Of a DNA stretch of 32,000 nt, positions 8,883 to 16,795 are shown in pieces. The number at the start of each line of letters is the position of its first letter. Position 1 is the first letter of the stretch. The DNA is from Phycisphaera mikurensis NBRC 102666 (GTDB taxonomy: Bacteria; Planctomycetota; Phycisphaerae; Phycisphaerales; Phycisphaeraceae). The stretch covers positions 1,080,001 through 1,112,000 of the forward strand of contig NC_017080.1 in assembly GCF_000284115.1 (NCBI RefSeq), read 5' to 3'. Both the position numbers and the translations under genes were made by a program. The notes under the pieces were generated by a model. That model did no database searches. It saw only the letters and a list, made by a program, of their open reading frames with translations, and was not told the DNA's origin.

Positions 8883-10022
8883 TCAACCCACCGCGGCGGG
8901 TTCGAGCGACCGGAGGACCGTCGCGACGCGATCGAGCCCGGCCCGCAGGTACTCCTCCGGCAGGCCGTAGCTGATCCGCACGAAGCCCTCCGCGTTGAAG
9001 TGGGCGCCCGGCACCAGCAGCACGCTCTGCTCCTCACGGATGCGCTCGCACAGCTCGACCGAGCCAATGCCGTGGTGGTACTTGCAGAAGGCGACCGCCG
9101 CGGCGTCGGGCTCGGTCAGCCGCAGCGTGTCGCCCTGCTCGGCGACCCACTGCTGGAGCACCGGGAAGCCGCGGCGGACGAAGCCGCGGGTCCGCTCGAT
9201 GATCCGCGGGCGGACCTCCGGCGAGAGCGCGAAGGCCGCAAGCTTGTTGCTGATCATCGAGGCGCTGATCGTCGTGTACTCGTGGCGGGCCCAGATCTCG
9301 TCGAGCATGGCCTGCGGGCCCAGCACCCAGCCCAGCCGCAGGCCCGGCAGGCCGTAGGCCTTCGACAGCGAGCCGGTTGCGAGCACCTTGTCGTAGCGGC
9401 CGAAGAAGGTGGGGGCGTAGTCGTCCCGCACCCGCTCGGCCCCGCGGTAGACCTCGTCGGCGAGCAGCCAGGCCCCGACGCCGTCGGCGATCTCCACGAT
9501 CGTTTCCATCTCCTCCTCGGTGAGGATCCGGCCGGTCGGGTTGTTCGGGTTGCAGACCGCGATCATCTTCGTCCGCGGCGAGACCGTCTCGCGGAGCGCG
9601 TCCAGGTCGGGCGCCCAGCCCCGCTCCTCCACCAGCGGGAAGGTCTTGACGTCGAGGCCCAGGTTCACGGCGCTGCCCCACGCCTGGAGGTAGTTGGGCA
9701 TCATCACGACGATCTCGTCGCCGGGTTCGCAGACCGAGTGGATCGCGTTGTAGTTCGCCTCGACGGTTCCCACCGTGATCAGCACGTCGTCCGCGCTCGA
9801 GCCGGGGTACAGGCGCGAGACGTTCTCGCGGAGCGACCGGAGCCCGTTGGCGTGCGTGTAGTCCAGCCGCGTGTCCAGCAGCGTCTCCAGGAGTTCGGGG
9901 TCGTCGCCGACGAGCTCGCGGAGGCTGATGGGGTGCGAGCCGCTCTCGGAGAGGTTGTAATCCACCTCGAACTCGAACTTGCTCATCACCCGCTCCTGTT
10001 CGAAGGGCTGAAACGTGGGCAT
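8883..10022 (-). CDS. PLP-dependent aminotransferase, class I/II (fold type I)
   Basis: ATG 10022 with GGAGA 5 nt upstream. Motifs CNPNNPTG and SLSKAYGLPGLRLGW (PLP-binding Lys). The longer ORF to 10205 adds only low-complexity residues. Confidence 0.85.
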   Translation of the reverse strand: MPTFQPFEQERVMSKFEFEVDYNLSESGSHPISLRELVGDDPELLETLLDTRLDYTHANGLRSLRENVSRLYPGSSADDVLITVGTVEANYNAIHSVCEPGDEIVVMMPNYLQAWGSAVNLGLDVKTFPLVEERGWAPDLDALRETVSPRTKMIAVCNPNNPTGRILTEEEMETIVEIADGVGAWLLADEVYRGAERVRDDYAPTFFGRYDKVLATGSLSKAYGLPGLRLGWVLGPQAMLDEIWARHEYTTISASMISNKLAAFALSPEVRPRIIERTRGFVRRGFPVLQQWVAEQGDTLRLTEPDAAAVAFCKYHHGIGSVELCERIREEQSVLLVPGAHFNAEGFVRISYGLPEEYLRAGLDRVATVLRSLEPAAVG

Positions 10023-10122
10023 GGGGTCTCCGGGAGCTTTGGGGGTGGCGGCGGGGCGGCTGCCGTGCGGGCGCCCGTCGCGTTGCCGGAACCTCCGCAG
10101 TTCCGGCATGACGACGAGATGG

Positions 10123-10147
10123 TATCGTATTCCGGAACATTCCGCAC
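10123..10147. promoter_or_regulatory. Candidate operator in the divergent promoter region: TATCGTA-N10-TTCCGCAC, containing the inverted repeat CGGAACATTCCG (10133..10144)
   Basis: Local AT-richer island between divergent starts 10022 (-) and 10204 (+). The exact 12-mer recurs at 12483..12494. The bipartite motif recurs with identical spacing at 17299..17323. Confidence 0.5.
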
Positions 10148-10203
10148 CCCCGGCCCTGGCCTCCCTGTCCGAGGCGGGCGGCCGCAGACCCGGAGGATCC
10201 CGC

Positions 10204-11226
10204 ATGAGACGCCCCTACCTGCTCTTCCTCGGCGCGGCCACCGATCCCTCCGACGCCAAGACCGCCTTCGGGCTGCGGGACTGGTGCCGGGACGACGTGG
10301 CCGGTCAGCACCGCCTGCCCGGGTGCGCCGTCGATCTGGGCCTGCCGGAGCTGGACCCCGCGGCCGCCGCCGAGGCGGGCGTGGGGTCGATGCTCATCGG
10401 CGTGGCGCCGGTCGGCGGCCGCGTGGAGGAAGCCTGGATCGCGCCGCTGGTCTCGGCGCTGCGTTGCGGGCTCGACCTCGTGAGCGGCCTCCACCAGCGG
10501 CTTGAGGAGGTGCCGGAAATCGCCGAAGCCGCGAAGGAGACCGGCCGCGACCTCCACAACGTGCGGCACGCGACGCGGAGCTTCCCGGTGGGCACCGGGC
10601 GGAAGCGGCCGGGCAAGCGGCTGCTGACCGTCGGCACCGATTGCGCGCTGGGCAAGAAGTACACGGCGTTGGCGATTGCCGCCGAGCTGAAGCGGCGGGG
10701 CGTCGACGCGGACTTCCGGGCCACCGGCCAGACGGGCCTCATGATCGCGGGCCGGGGTGTGGCGATCGACGCCGTCGTCGCCGACTTCATCGCCGGCGCC
10801 GCCGAGTGGCTGAGCCCGGCCGCCGATCCCGACCACTGGGACGTGATCGAGGGGCAGGGTTCGCTGCACAGCCCCGCCTACGCCGGGGTGTCGCTGGGGC
10901 TCCTGCACGGCTCGCAGCCCGACGCGCTGGTGGTCTGCCACGATCCCGGCCGCGAGCACATGGTCGACCTCCCGCACGTCCCGATGCCCGGCGTCAACGA
11001 AGCGGCCGAGCTCGCGGTCATGCTGGCGAAGCGGACCAACCCCGCGGCGCGGGTGGTCGGCGTGAGCGTCAACACCTCCGGCCTCGCCGAGGGTCGCCGC
11101 GGGCCGGTGCTCGCGGCGCTCCGCCAGGAGACGAAGCTGCCGGTGGTCGACCCGATGGTGGAGGGTGTGGCGGAGCTGTGCGACGCGCTGAGCGTCCCGC
11201 ACCACGCGGCGGCGGGGGCCGCGTGA
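10204..11226 (+). CDS. dgcN: DUF1611-family protein (DgcN-like N-acetyltransferase)
   Basis: ATG 10204 with GGAGGA 7 nt upstream. Motifs LLTVGTDCALGKKYTA and VIEGQGSLHSPAYAGVSLGLLHGSQPD are typical of DUF1611. It is followed directly by an enolase-superfamily epimerase, the canonical partner. Confidence 0.7.
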   Translation: MRRPYLLFLGAATDPSDAKTAFGLRDWCRDDVAGQHRLPGCAVDLGLPELDPAAAAEAGVGSMLIGVAPVGGRVEEAWIAPLVSALRCGLDLVSGLHQRLEEVPEIAEAAKETGRDLHNVRHATRSFPVGTGRKRPGKRLLTVGTDCALGKKYTALAIAAELKRRGVDADFRATGQTGLMIAGRGVAIDAVVADFIAGAAEWLSPAADPDHWDVIEGQGSLHSPAYAGVSLGLLHGSQPDALVVCHDPGREHMVDLPHVPMPGVNEAAELAVMLAKRTNPAARVVGVSVNTSGLAEGRRGPVLAALRQETKLPVVDPMVEGVAELCDALSVPHHAAAGAA

Positions 11227-11237
11227 GCGGGCTGTCG

Positions 11238-12212
11238 ATGCGGCTCGCGCCGGTGTCCTGGCCTCTGGTGCGGCCTTTCCGGATCGCCCGGGCCGAGTAC
11301 CGGACGGTCGAGGCGCTGCGGCTGGAACTTCACGACGGGCGGGGCAACCGCGGCCGGTCCGAGGCGCTCGGCGACGACTACCACGGCGAAAGCGTGGCGT
11401 CGATGCGCCGGCAGCTGGAGGATTCCCGGGCGCGGGTGGAAGCGGGCATCCAGCGGGTCCCGCTGATCGAGGACTTCCCCCGCGGCGGCGCCCGGCACCT
11501 GCTCGACGCGGCCCTCTGGGACCTGGAGGCGAAGCGGTCGGGCGTGCCCGCTTGGCGGGCGGCCGGCATCGGCGAGCCGCGCCGACGGGTGACCGCGTTC
11601 ACCGTCGGTCTCGGGGACGGCGAAGAGCTCGCCGCCGAGCTGCGGCGGGTCGCGGGCTTCCCGCTGCTGAAGCTCAAGGTCGGCGGGGACGACCCCCGGC
11701 CGCTGATCGAGCGGGTCCGTCGGACGCACCCCGACGCCGAGCTGATCCTCGACGCCAACGCCGCCTGGAGCATCGCCCAGCTGCGGAGCTGGCTCCCGGC
11801 GCTGCCCGGCCTCGGGGTGAGCCTGCTGGAGCAGCCGCTGCCGCCCGGGGAGGACGAGGCGCTCGCCGACCTCGACCACGCCGTGCCCATCGCGGCCGAC
11901 GAGTCGGTCGACGACACCGCGACGCTGCCGCCGCTGATCGGCCGCTACGACGCGGTGAACATCAAGCTGGACAAGGCCGGCGGGCTCACCGAGGCGCTGC
12001 GGCTTGCCGACGCGGCCGGGGCCGCCGGGCTGGCGGTCATGGTCGGCTGCATGGGGGGCAGCTCGCTGGCGATGGCGCCCGCCGCCGTGCTCGCGCAGCG
12101 GGCCCGGTGGATCGACCTGGACGGGCCGCTGCTCCAGCGAGAGGACGTCTCGCCGCCGATCCGCTACGAGGCCGGCTGGATGGGCTTCCCCGAGCCGGAG
12201 CTGTGGGGCTGA
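11238..12212 (+). CDS. dgcA: Enolase-superfamily dipeptide-epimerase-like protein (DgcA-like N-acetyl-D-Glu racemase / L-Ala-D/L-Glu epimerase family)
   Basis: Motifs LLKLKVGG (KxK), LILDANAAW, LLEQPLP, IAADES and VNIKLDKAGG give the metal ligands and catalytic lysines of the MLE subgroup. Alternative GTG start at 11223 overlaps the upstream TGA (GTGA). Confidence 0.75.
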   Translation: MRLAPVSWPLVRPFRIARAEYRTVEALRLELHDGRGNRGRSEALGDDYHGESVASMRRQLEDSRARVEAGIQRVPLIEDFPRGGARHLLDAALWDLEAKRSGVPAWRAAGIGEPRRRVTAFTVGLGDGEELAAELRRVAGFPLLKLKVGGDDPRPLIERVRRTHPDAELILDANAAWSIAQLRSWLPALPGLGVSLLEQPLPPGEDEALADLDHAVPIAADESVDDTATLPPLIGRYDAVNIKLDKAGGLTEALRLADAAGAAGLAVMVGCMGGSSLAMAPAAVLAQRARWIDLDGPLLQREDVSPPIRYEAGWMGFPEPELWG

Positions 12213-12224
12213 TGCGGGTCCGTT

Positions 12225-12259
12225 TCCCGGCGGTGCCGCTTCCCGGGGGGCCGCCGGGA
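12225..12259 (+). terminator. Candidate stem-loop after the epimerase gene
   Basis: TCCCGGCGG (12225..12233) pairs with CCGCCGGGA (12251..12259): a 9-bp stem with a 17-nt loop, 13 nt after the stop. No U-tract. Confidence 0.3.
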
Positions 12260-12482
12260 GCTCCGACGCAGAAGGGCTCGCACGCCCCGACGCCGGCGGC
12301 CCACCGGTGCACAACCGACCCGCGAAACCCCGGTCCGGGCCCGCTCGGGGGGGACGCGGGTGGGGGTTGCCGCCCCGGCACGCGGCCGGGCGGGCCACGC
12401 CGCAGCCGCCGGCGTGCGCGGCGACGGCTGCCCTTGTGGCGCGGCGTTGATTCAGCTATAAAGAACATCTACTTCAGCAAAA

Positions 12483-12494
12483 CGGAACATTCCG
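12483..12494. promoter_or_regulatory. Second exact copy of CGGAACATTCCG, about 20 nt upstream of the ATG at 12513
   Basis: Lies in the most AT-rich stretch of the window (TTCAGCTATAAAGAACATCTACTTCAGCAAAACGGAACATTCCGG, 12451..12496). Confidence 0.5.
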
Positions 12495-12512
12495 GACCTG
12501 CAGGAACCCCTC

Positions 12513-13880
12513 ATGCCCCGACCCGACTGCCCGCCCGATTTTCTCTGGACGCCGCAGCCCGCCGCGCAGGCCGTCGTCGACCGCCTCATCGCCCGGTTCG
12601 TGAGCCGCCACCCCTTCGCCGCCACGCTCGCCGACCGCCTCGCCTCCGAGGCCGGGGTCCGCCTGGGGGACCTCGTGGAGTCGATCCAGCTCGAGCCGGT
12701 GGGCCCGCACGACGGCCTGGAGGCGGAGCTGCGGGGCGTCGGATTCGAGGGCGCGGCGGACCGGCTCGTCCACCCCGGCGGGATCTTCCCAACGCTGCGG
12801 CTGATGCCCGGCGGGACCGTGCTCGGCTTCCGGGTCGAGTCGGTCGAGGCCTTCGCCGAGACGCACGCCCTGCGGGCGGAGCCGACCGGTCGGGAGGGCG
12901 ATCGGCTGCGGACCGTGGCGGCGGAGGCTGGCTCCGAGCCGGGCCGGCACACGCTGCTCGCGGTGGAGCGGCACGGCTGGGCGGGCTTCGAAGCGCCCGA
13001 CGATCCGGCTCCGATCCGCGACGCGACCGCCCGATGGCGGGAGGCCTTCCGGGCCCGCCCCCGCGGCGGCGCCGCGGACGGCGAGCTTTTCGAAGCCCTG
13101 GAGGCGGCGGTCCGCGGCGCCCTCGAAGAACTGCCGCGGGACCTGGCCTGCGACCTCTTCTTCGAGGCCGAGCGCGACTTCTGGACGGCCCGCAACCGCG
13201 CCGCCGGGGCGCAGCTCCGCCGGCAGCGGGCGCTGGGCATCGGCTGGGCGAACCACGACCACCACACCTACCGCAGCAGCCGCGGGAGCTTCGCGCGGAT
13301 GATCGCCGTCTTCGAATCGCTGGGGCTGGCCTGCCGCGAGAGCTTCACGCCGGGGCCCGACGCGGGCTGGGGGGCGCAGGTGCTCGAGCAACCGGTGACG
13401 CGGATCGTGATCTTCGCCGACGTGGACATGACGCCCGAGGAGCTACTCGGAGACTTCGCCCACGAGGGGCTGACGCCACGCCAGGAGCTCGGCACCGTCG
13501 GGCTCTGGTGCGGGCTGCACGGGGAGTCGATCCTCGGCGCCGGGATGCACCACCTCGAGTGCGTCTTCGGGTTCGACCTGCTCCGCGAGCAGCTGCTCGC
13601 CGGCGACGGCATCGGCATGATGGATCCGTTCTCCTCCTTCGACCACCTCAAGCAGCAGTTCACCGAGGGCGAGGTCTGGCCCGTGCAGCCGCACCGGATC
13701 CGGGCGCTGCTCGAGGGCGGCCGCATCACCGCGGAGCAGGCGGAACGCTTCGCCCGCGAGGGCGCGATCGGTTCGCACCTGGAGAACCTCGAACGCAACG
13801 ACGGATTCAAAGGCTTCAACCAGGAGGGCGTCACCGACATCATCCAGCGGACCGACGCCCGCGCGGCGGCCCGGGCCTGA
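12513..13880 (+). CDS. Hypothetical protein, possibly a DUF1338/VOC-fold metalloenzyme (HglS/YdcJ-like)
   Basis: 455-aa ORF starting at ATG, with clean codon bias and a non-repetitive sequence. WANHDHHTYRSS, GMHHLECVFG and the C-terminal LENLERNDGFKGFNQEGVTDIIQRTD resemble, from memory, the His/His/Glu pattern and GF-x-GF...IF-x-ST tail of DUF1338 proteins. CDS confidence is high; functional assignment is low. Confidence 0.5.
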   Translation: MPRPDCPPDFLWTPQPAAQAVVDRLIARFVSRHPFAATLADRLASEAGVRLGDLVESIQLEPVGPHDGLEAELRGVGFEGAADRLVHPGGIFPTLRLMPGGTVLGFRVESVEAFAETHALRAEPTGREGDRLRTVAAEAGSEPGRHTLLAVERHGWAGFEAPDDPAPIRDATARWREAFRARPRGGAADGELFEALEAAVRGALEELPRDLACDLFFEAERDFWTARNRAAGAQLRRQRALGIGWANHDHHTYRSSRGSFARMIAVFESLGLACRESFTPGPDAGWGAQVLEQPVTRIVIFADVDMTPEELLGDFAHEGLTPRQELGTVGLWCGLHGESILGAGMHHLECVFGFDLLREQLLAGDGIGMMDPFSSFDHLKQQFTEGEVWPVQPHRIRALLEGGRITAEQAERFAREGAIGSHLENLERNDGFKGFNQEGVTDIIQRTDARAAARA

Positions 13881-13902
13881 GCCCGGATGCGTGGACGCGC
13901 TC

Positions 13903-13954
13903 CCGCCGCGGACCGCGGCCCCTTCGGCTCGTTTCGGGCCGCGGTCCGCGGCGG
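13903..13954. repeat. CCGCGGACC-type palindromic element, best copy
   Basis: CCGCCGCGGACCGCGGCC (13903..13920) is the perfect reverse complement of GGCCGCGGTCCGCGGCGG (13937..13954). 18-bp stem, 16-nt loop, 23 nt after the stop at 13880. Confidence 0.65.
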
Positions 13955-14014
13955 CTCCGCCCGGGCGGCCGGGCGGCCGGGCGACGCTCCGCGCGGGGGC
14001 GGAAACCGGAAGAC

Positions 14015-14064
14015 CCGCGGACCGCGGGCCCGGACGCCGCAAACGCTCGACGGTCCGCGGCGTC
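14015..14064. repeat. Second, less regular CCGCGGACC-type element
   Basis: CCGCGGACCG (14015..14024) pairs with CGGTCCGCGG (14051..14060). An alternative, mutually exclusive pairing is GACGCCGC (14033..14040) with GCGGCGTC (14057..14064). Confidence 0.45.
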
Positions 14065-14093
14065 GGTCCCGGGCCGCTGCTACCTTCCGGATC

Positions 14094-14828
14094 ATGGAAT
14101 CCACGGTCCTCGTCAAAGCCTTCGGCATCCTGGAGACGCTCGCCCACGAGCAGAAGGCGATGTCGCTGGCGGAGCTGACCGAGGTGCTCTCGCTCAACAA
14201 GCCGACGATCCACCGGATCCTGCAGGACCTCATCGGCCTGGGCTACGTGGAGCGGGTGGGCGGTGGGGTGTACGTGCTCACGCACAAGCTGCGGCGGCTC
14301 TCGCAGGACGAGGGCACGGCGCGGCTGATCGAGGTGGGCGAGCCGCTGCTGGCGGGGCTGCACGAGGCGACCGAGGAGACGACCAACCTGGGGGTTTTGC
14401 GTCAGGACAAGGTGGCGTACCTGATGGTGCTGGAGAGCCCCCAGCCGCTGCGTCGGGTGGAGGGCCCCGGCTCGCTGGACCCGTTCCACTCCACGGCGTT
14501 GGGGCGTGCGATCGTGAGCCACCTGCCCGAGGAGCGTTGGCCGCGGCTGATGAAGGGGGTGCGTCTGCGGAAGCAGACGGCCAACACGATCACGGACAAG
14601 GACGCTCTGGTGGAGACGCTGCGGACGGCGAAGGCGCAGGGCTACGCCGACGAGTGGGAGGAGAACGACGTGGGGGTGATGTGCGTGGCGGTGCCGGTGC
14701 TGGTGGACGGCGAGCCGCTGGCGGCGGTGAGCCTGACGGTGCCGCTGCCGCGGATCGACCGCGCCCGCGAGCGGGAGCTGGTGACGCGGCTCCGCGAGAC
14801 GGCGGCGGCGTTCGGCGGAGCGCTCTGA
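14094..14828 (+). CDS. IclR-family transcriptional regulator
   Basis: ATG 14094. N-terminal winged HTH (LVKAFGILETLAHEQKAMSLAELTEVLSLNKPTIHRILQDLIGLGYV) followed by an IclR-type effector domain. Upstream in-frame residues are Arg/Gly junk that covers the hairpin elements. Confidence 0.9.
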   Translation: MESTVLVKAFGILETLAHEQKAMSLAELTEVLSLNKPTIHRILQDLIGLGYVERVGGGVYVLTHKLRRLSQDEGTARLIEVGEPLLAGLHEATEETTNLGVLRQDKVAYLMVLESPQPLRRVEGPGSLDPFHSTALGRAIVSHLPEERWPRLMKGVRLRKQTANTITDKDALVETLRTAKAQGYADEWEENDVGVMCVAVPVLVDGEPLAAVSLTVPLPRIDRARERELVTRLRETAAAFGGAL

Positions 14829-14842
14829 CGCCGCGGAGCTTG

Positions 14843-15682
14843 TCACCGCGGACGGCAGGCCCGCGATTGCCGGATGCCCGGCACCGGCCAGCGGGTCTTC
14901 CAGACGCCGGGAGTCTCGTGCTCGGTGAGGATCAGGTCGCGGCCGTCGGGGCCGCCCAGGTGCAGGTTGGTGACCTCGCCGAAGGGCAGCTCCACGCGGT
15001 CGAGGAGGCCCCCGTCCGCGTCGAAGACGTCCAGCTCGCCCTCGCCGTAGTTGGCGACCACCAGGCGGCCCTCGGCGTCGAAGTCGATGCCGTCGGCGCC
15101 GATCTCGTTGCCGCCCGGGAGCGTCGCGAAGTCCCGGCGGTTGGCGAGCACGCCCGGCTCGGGGAGGTCGAAGGCGATCAGCTTGCGGGTCATCGTCTCG
15201 GCCACGATGAGCGTCCGGTTGTCGGGGCCGACGGCCAGGCCGTTGCAGAAGGCGAAGCCCTCGGCGACGGTGCGGACGGTGCCGTCGAGCAGCCGGCAGC
15301 AGACCCGGCCGTGGCGTGCGTCGAGCCCGGAGCCGTCGGGCACGGTGAAGTAAAGGTTGCCGTCGTCGTCGAGCGCCCCGTCGTTGCACCCCTTCAGCGG
15401 CCGGCCGTCCTGCTCGGTGACGACCGGCTCGACCGAGCCGTCGGGGTCGATCCGCAGGACCCCCAGCTTGGAGTCGATCAGCCAGAGGCGGTTGTCCGCG
15501 TCGACCTGCATGCCCGCGGGGCCGCCGTCGGTGCGCGCGTGCTCGCGGGTGCCGCCGCCGTCGAGCAGCTCGAGGATCGGCCCGGCCGAGGACACCACGA
15601 ACCAGCGGCCGTCGTGGTCCTGGATCGGCCCCTCGGCTCCGGGCACGGGGGCGGCGAGTCTCCGGGGCGGTGTCGTCAGCAT
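14843..15682 (-). CDS. SMP-30/gluconolactonase/LRE-family beta-propeller protein (probable lactonase)
   Basis: ATG 15682 with AAGGA 7 nt upstream. Repeated blade motifs DADNRLWLID, DDDGNLYFT, GPDNRTLIVAE, DAEGRLVVANY. Confidence 0.85.
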   Translation of the reverse strand: MLTTPPRRLAAPVPGAEGPIQDHDGRWFVVSSAGPILELLDGGGTREHARTDGGPAGMQVDADNRLWLIDSKLGVLRIDPDGSVEPVVTEQDGRPLKGCNDGALDDDGNLYFTVPDGSGLDARHGRVCCRLLDGTVRTVAEGFAFCNGLAVGPDNRTLIVAETMTRKLIAFDLPEPGVLANRRDFATLPGGNEIGADGIDFDAEGRLVVANYGEGELDVFDADGGLLDRVELPFGEVTNLHLGGPDGRDLILTEHETPGVWKTRWPVPGIRQSRACRPR

Positions 15683-15704
15683 GGTGCGTCCTTCGGGGAG
15701 CGGG

Positions 15705-16778
15705 TCAGGCGGCGGGGCCGAGGAACTCGGCGAGGAAGGCGAGGTCGGGGCCGGGGTTCCAGGTGTGGCCGCCGCGGAAGCGATCGACGCGGAGGTTCTC
15801 CGGGGTCCCCGCGAGCTGGTAGCCGCGGCGGATGACCGGCAGCGCGGCGTCCAGGCCCGCGGACGGGAAGATCGGATCGTCGCCGCCAGCCGAGACGAGC
15901 AGCGGCCGGGGCGCGAGCAGGGCGGCGATGTCGGGGATGTCCAGCTCCGCGGCCAGGCCGGGGATGAAGTTGCACAGGCAGTGCGGCATCGCCAGCACGG
16001 AATCGGCGAAGCGGTTGACGTAGCCGCTGACGATGGCCGCGGCGATCCGCTCGTCGAGCGCGGCGGTCAGCAGCGTCACCGTGCCCCCGCCGCTGATGCC
16101 GGCCATGCCGATCCGCTCCGGGTCGACGCCCGGCAGCCCCGCGAGCACGGTCAGCAGCACGCGGGCCTCGTGCACGCGGAGCGCGGCGAGCGTGGTGCCG
16201 TACGCGAGCGCGAGCTCGGCGGCGGGGCGGCAGCCCGCGGTGGCGTCGTCGGGCGGGGCCGCGGCGGCCGCGGCGGGGTCGCGTCGGTGGCCCATGCCCA
16301 GCGGCTCCAGCGTGAGGGTGGTGCAGCCGGCGCGGAGGAAGCCCAGGCCGAAGCCGCGCTGGTAGCCGCCGTCCGCGGAACCCGGCACCGCGTCGGCGGG
16401 TCCATCGGCGGGGCGGTCGTCCGGGGAGAAGTGCCCGGGGTGAACGAGGACGGCCGGCCCGGGCGCGTCGCGACGCTCCGGCTCGCCGATCCACGCGACG
16501 GCCCGCACGCCCGGCAGCGTCTCCACCACGACCCGGCGGAGCGGGACGCCATGAGGCGTGTCCGTGCCGACCTCTTCCACCGCCACCGGCTCCCGCGGGT
16601 CCGCCGCGTCGGGGATCGGCCCCAGCCGCTCGCGGAGCGTTGCACGCGCTTGCGCCTGCCACGCGGCGAACCCGCGGCCGTCGGGATCCCGTCGCAGCAG
16701 CCCGGCGGCCGGCTCGCGGTGGAGCAGCGCGTGCAGGGCCCGCCGGTCCGGCGGCGGCGGCCACGAGCCGCCGGCCAT
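15705..16778 (-). CDS. Alpha/beta hydrolase (dienelactone-hydrolase / esterase-like)
   Basis: Internal ATG 16778, 17 nt after the RidA stop. Nucleophile elbow GMAGISGGG and C-terminal FRGGHTW. The ORF portion upstream of 16778 overlaps the RidA gene out of frame and is Arg-rich. Confidence 0.8.
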   Translation of the reverse strand: MAGGSWPPPPDRRALHALLHREPAAGLLRRDPDGRGFAAWQAQARATLRERLGPIPDAADPREPVAVEEVGTDTPHGVPLRRVVVETLPGVRAVAWIGEPERRDAPGPAVLVHPGHFSPDDRPADGPADAVPGSADGGYQRGFGLGFLRAGCTTLTLEPLGMGHRRDPAAAAAAPPDDATAGCRPAAELALAYGTTLAALRVHEARVLLTVLAGLPGVDPERIGMAGISGGGTVTLLTAALDERIAAAIVSGYVNRFADSVLAMPHCLCNFIPGLAAELDIPDIAALLAPRPLLVSAGGDDPIFPSAGLDAALPVIRRGYQLAGTPENLRVDRFRGGHTWNPGPDLAFLAEFLGPAA

Positions 16779-16795
16779 GGGATGCGGCCGATCGC

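Noticed and set aside
10023-10205. N-terminal extensions of the aminotransferase (to 10109 or 10205) and of RidA (to 17287 or 17431)
   Set aside because: The extensions are Pro/Arg-rich and low-complexity, absent from the typical family N-termini as I know them. The aminotransferase's shorter start at 10022 also has a Shine-Dalgarno-like GGAGA; the shorter RidA start at 17191 has none and is preferred on family length alone. The coincidence with the conserved motif is reported as a finding.
9034-11205. 723-aa - strand ORF. The same reasoning applies to 13443..15389 (-), 17298..19376 (-), 21383..23899 (+) and 26823..28721 (-).
   Set aside because: All are antisense or out-of-frame shadows of genes with clear family motifs. 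They have low-complexity Arg-rich translations and no start-site support.
11552-15835. 1427-aa + strand ORF, the longest in the window
   Set aside because: It runs across five independently supported genes on both strands (epimerase, DUF1338-like, IclR, lactonase, hydrolase) in the wrong frame. Its composition is overwhelmingly R/G/P/A.
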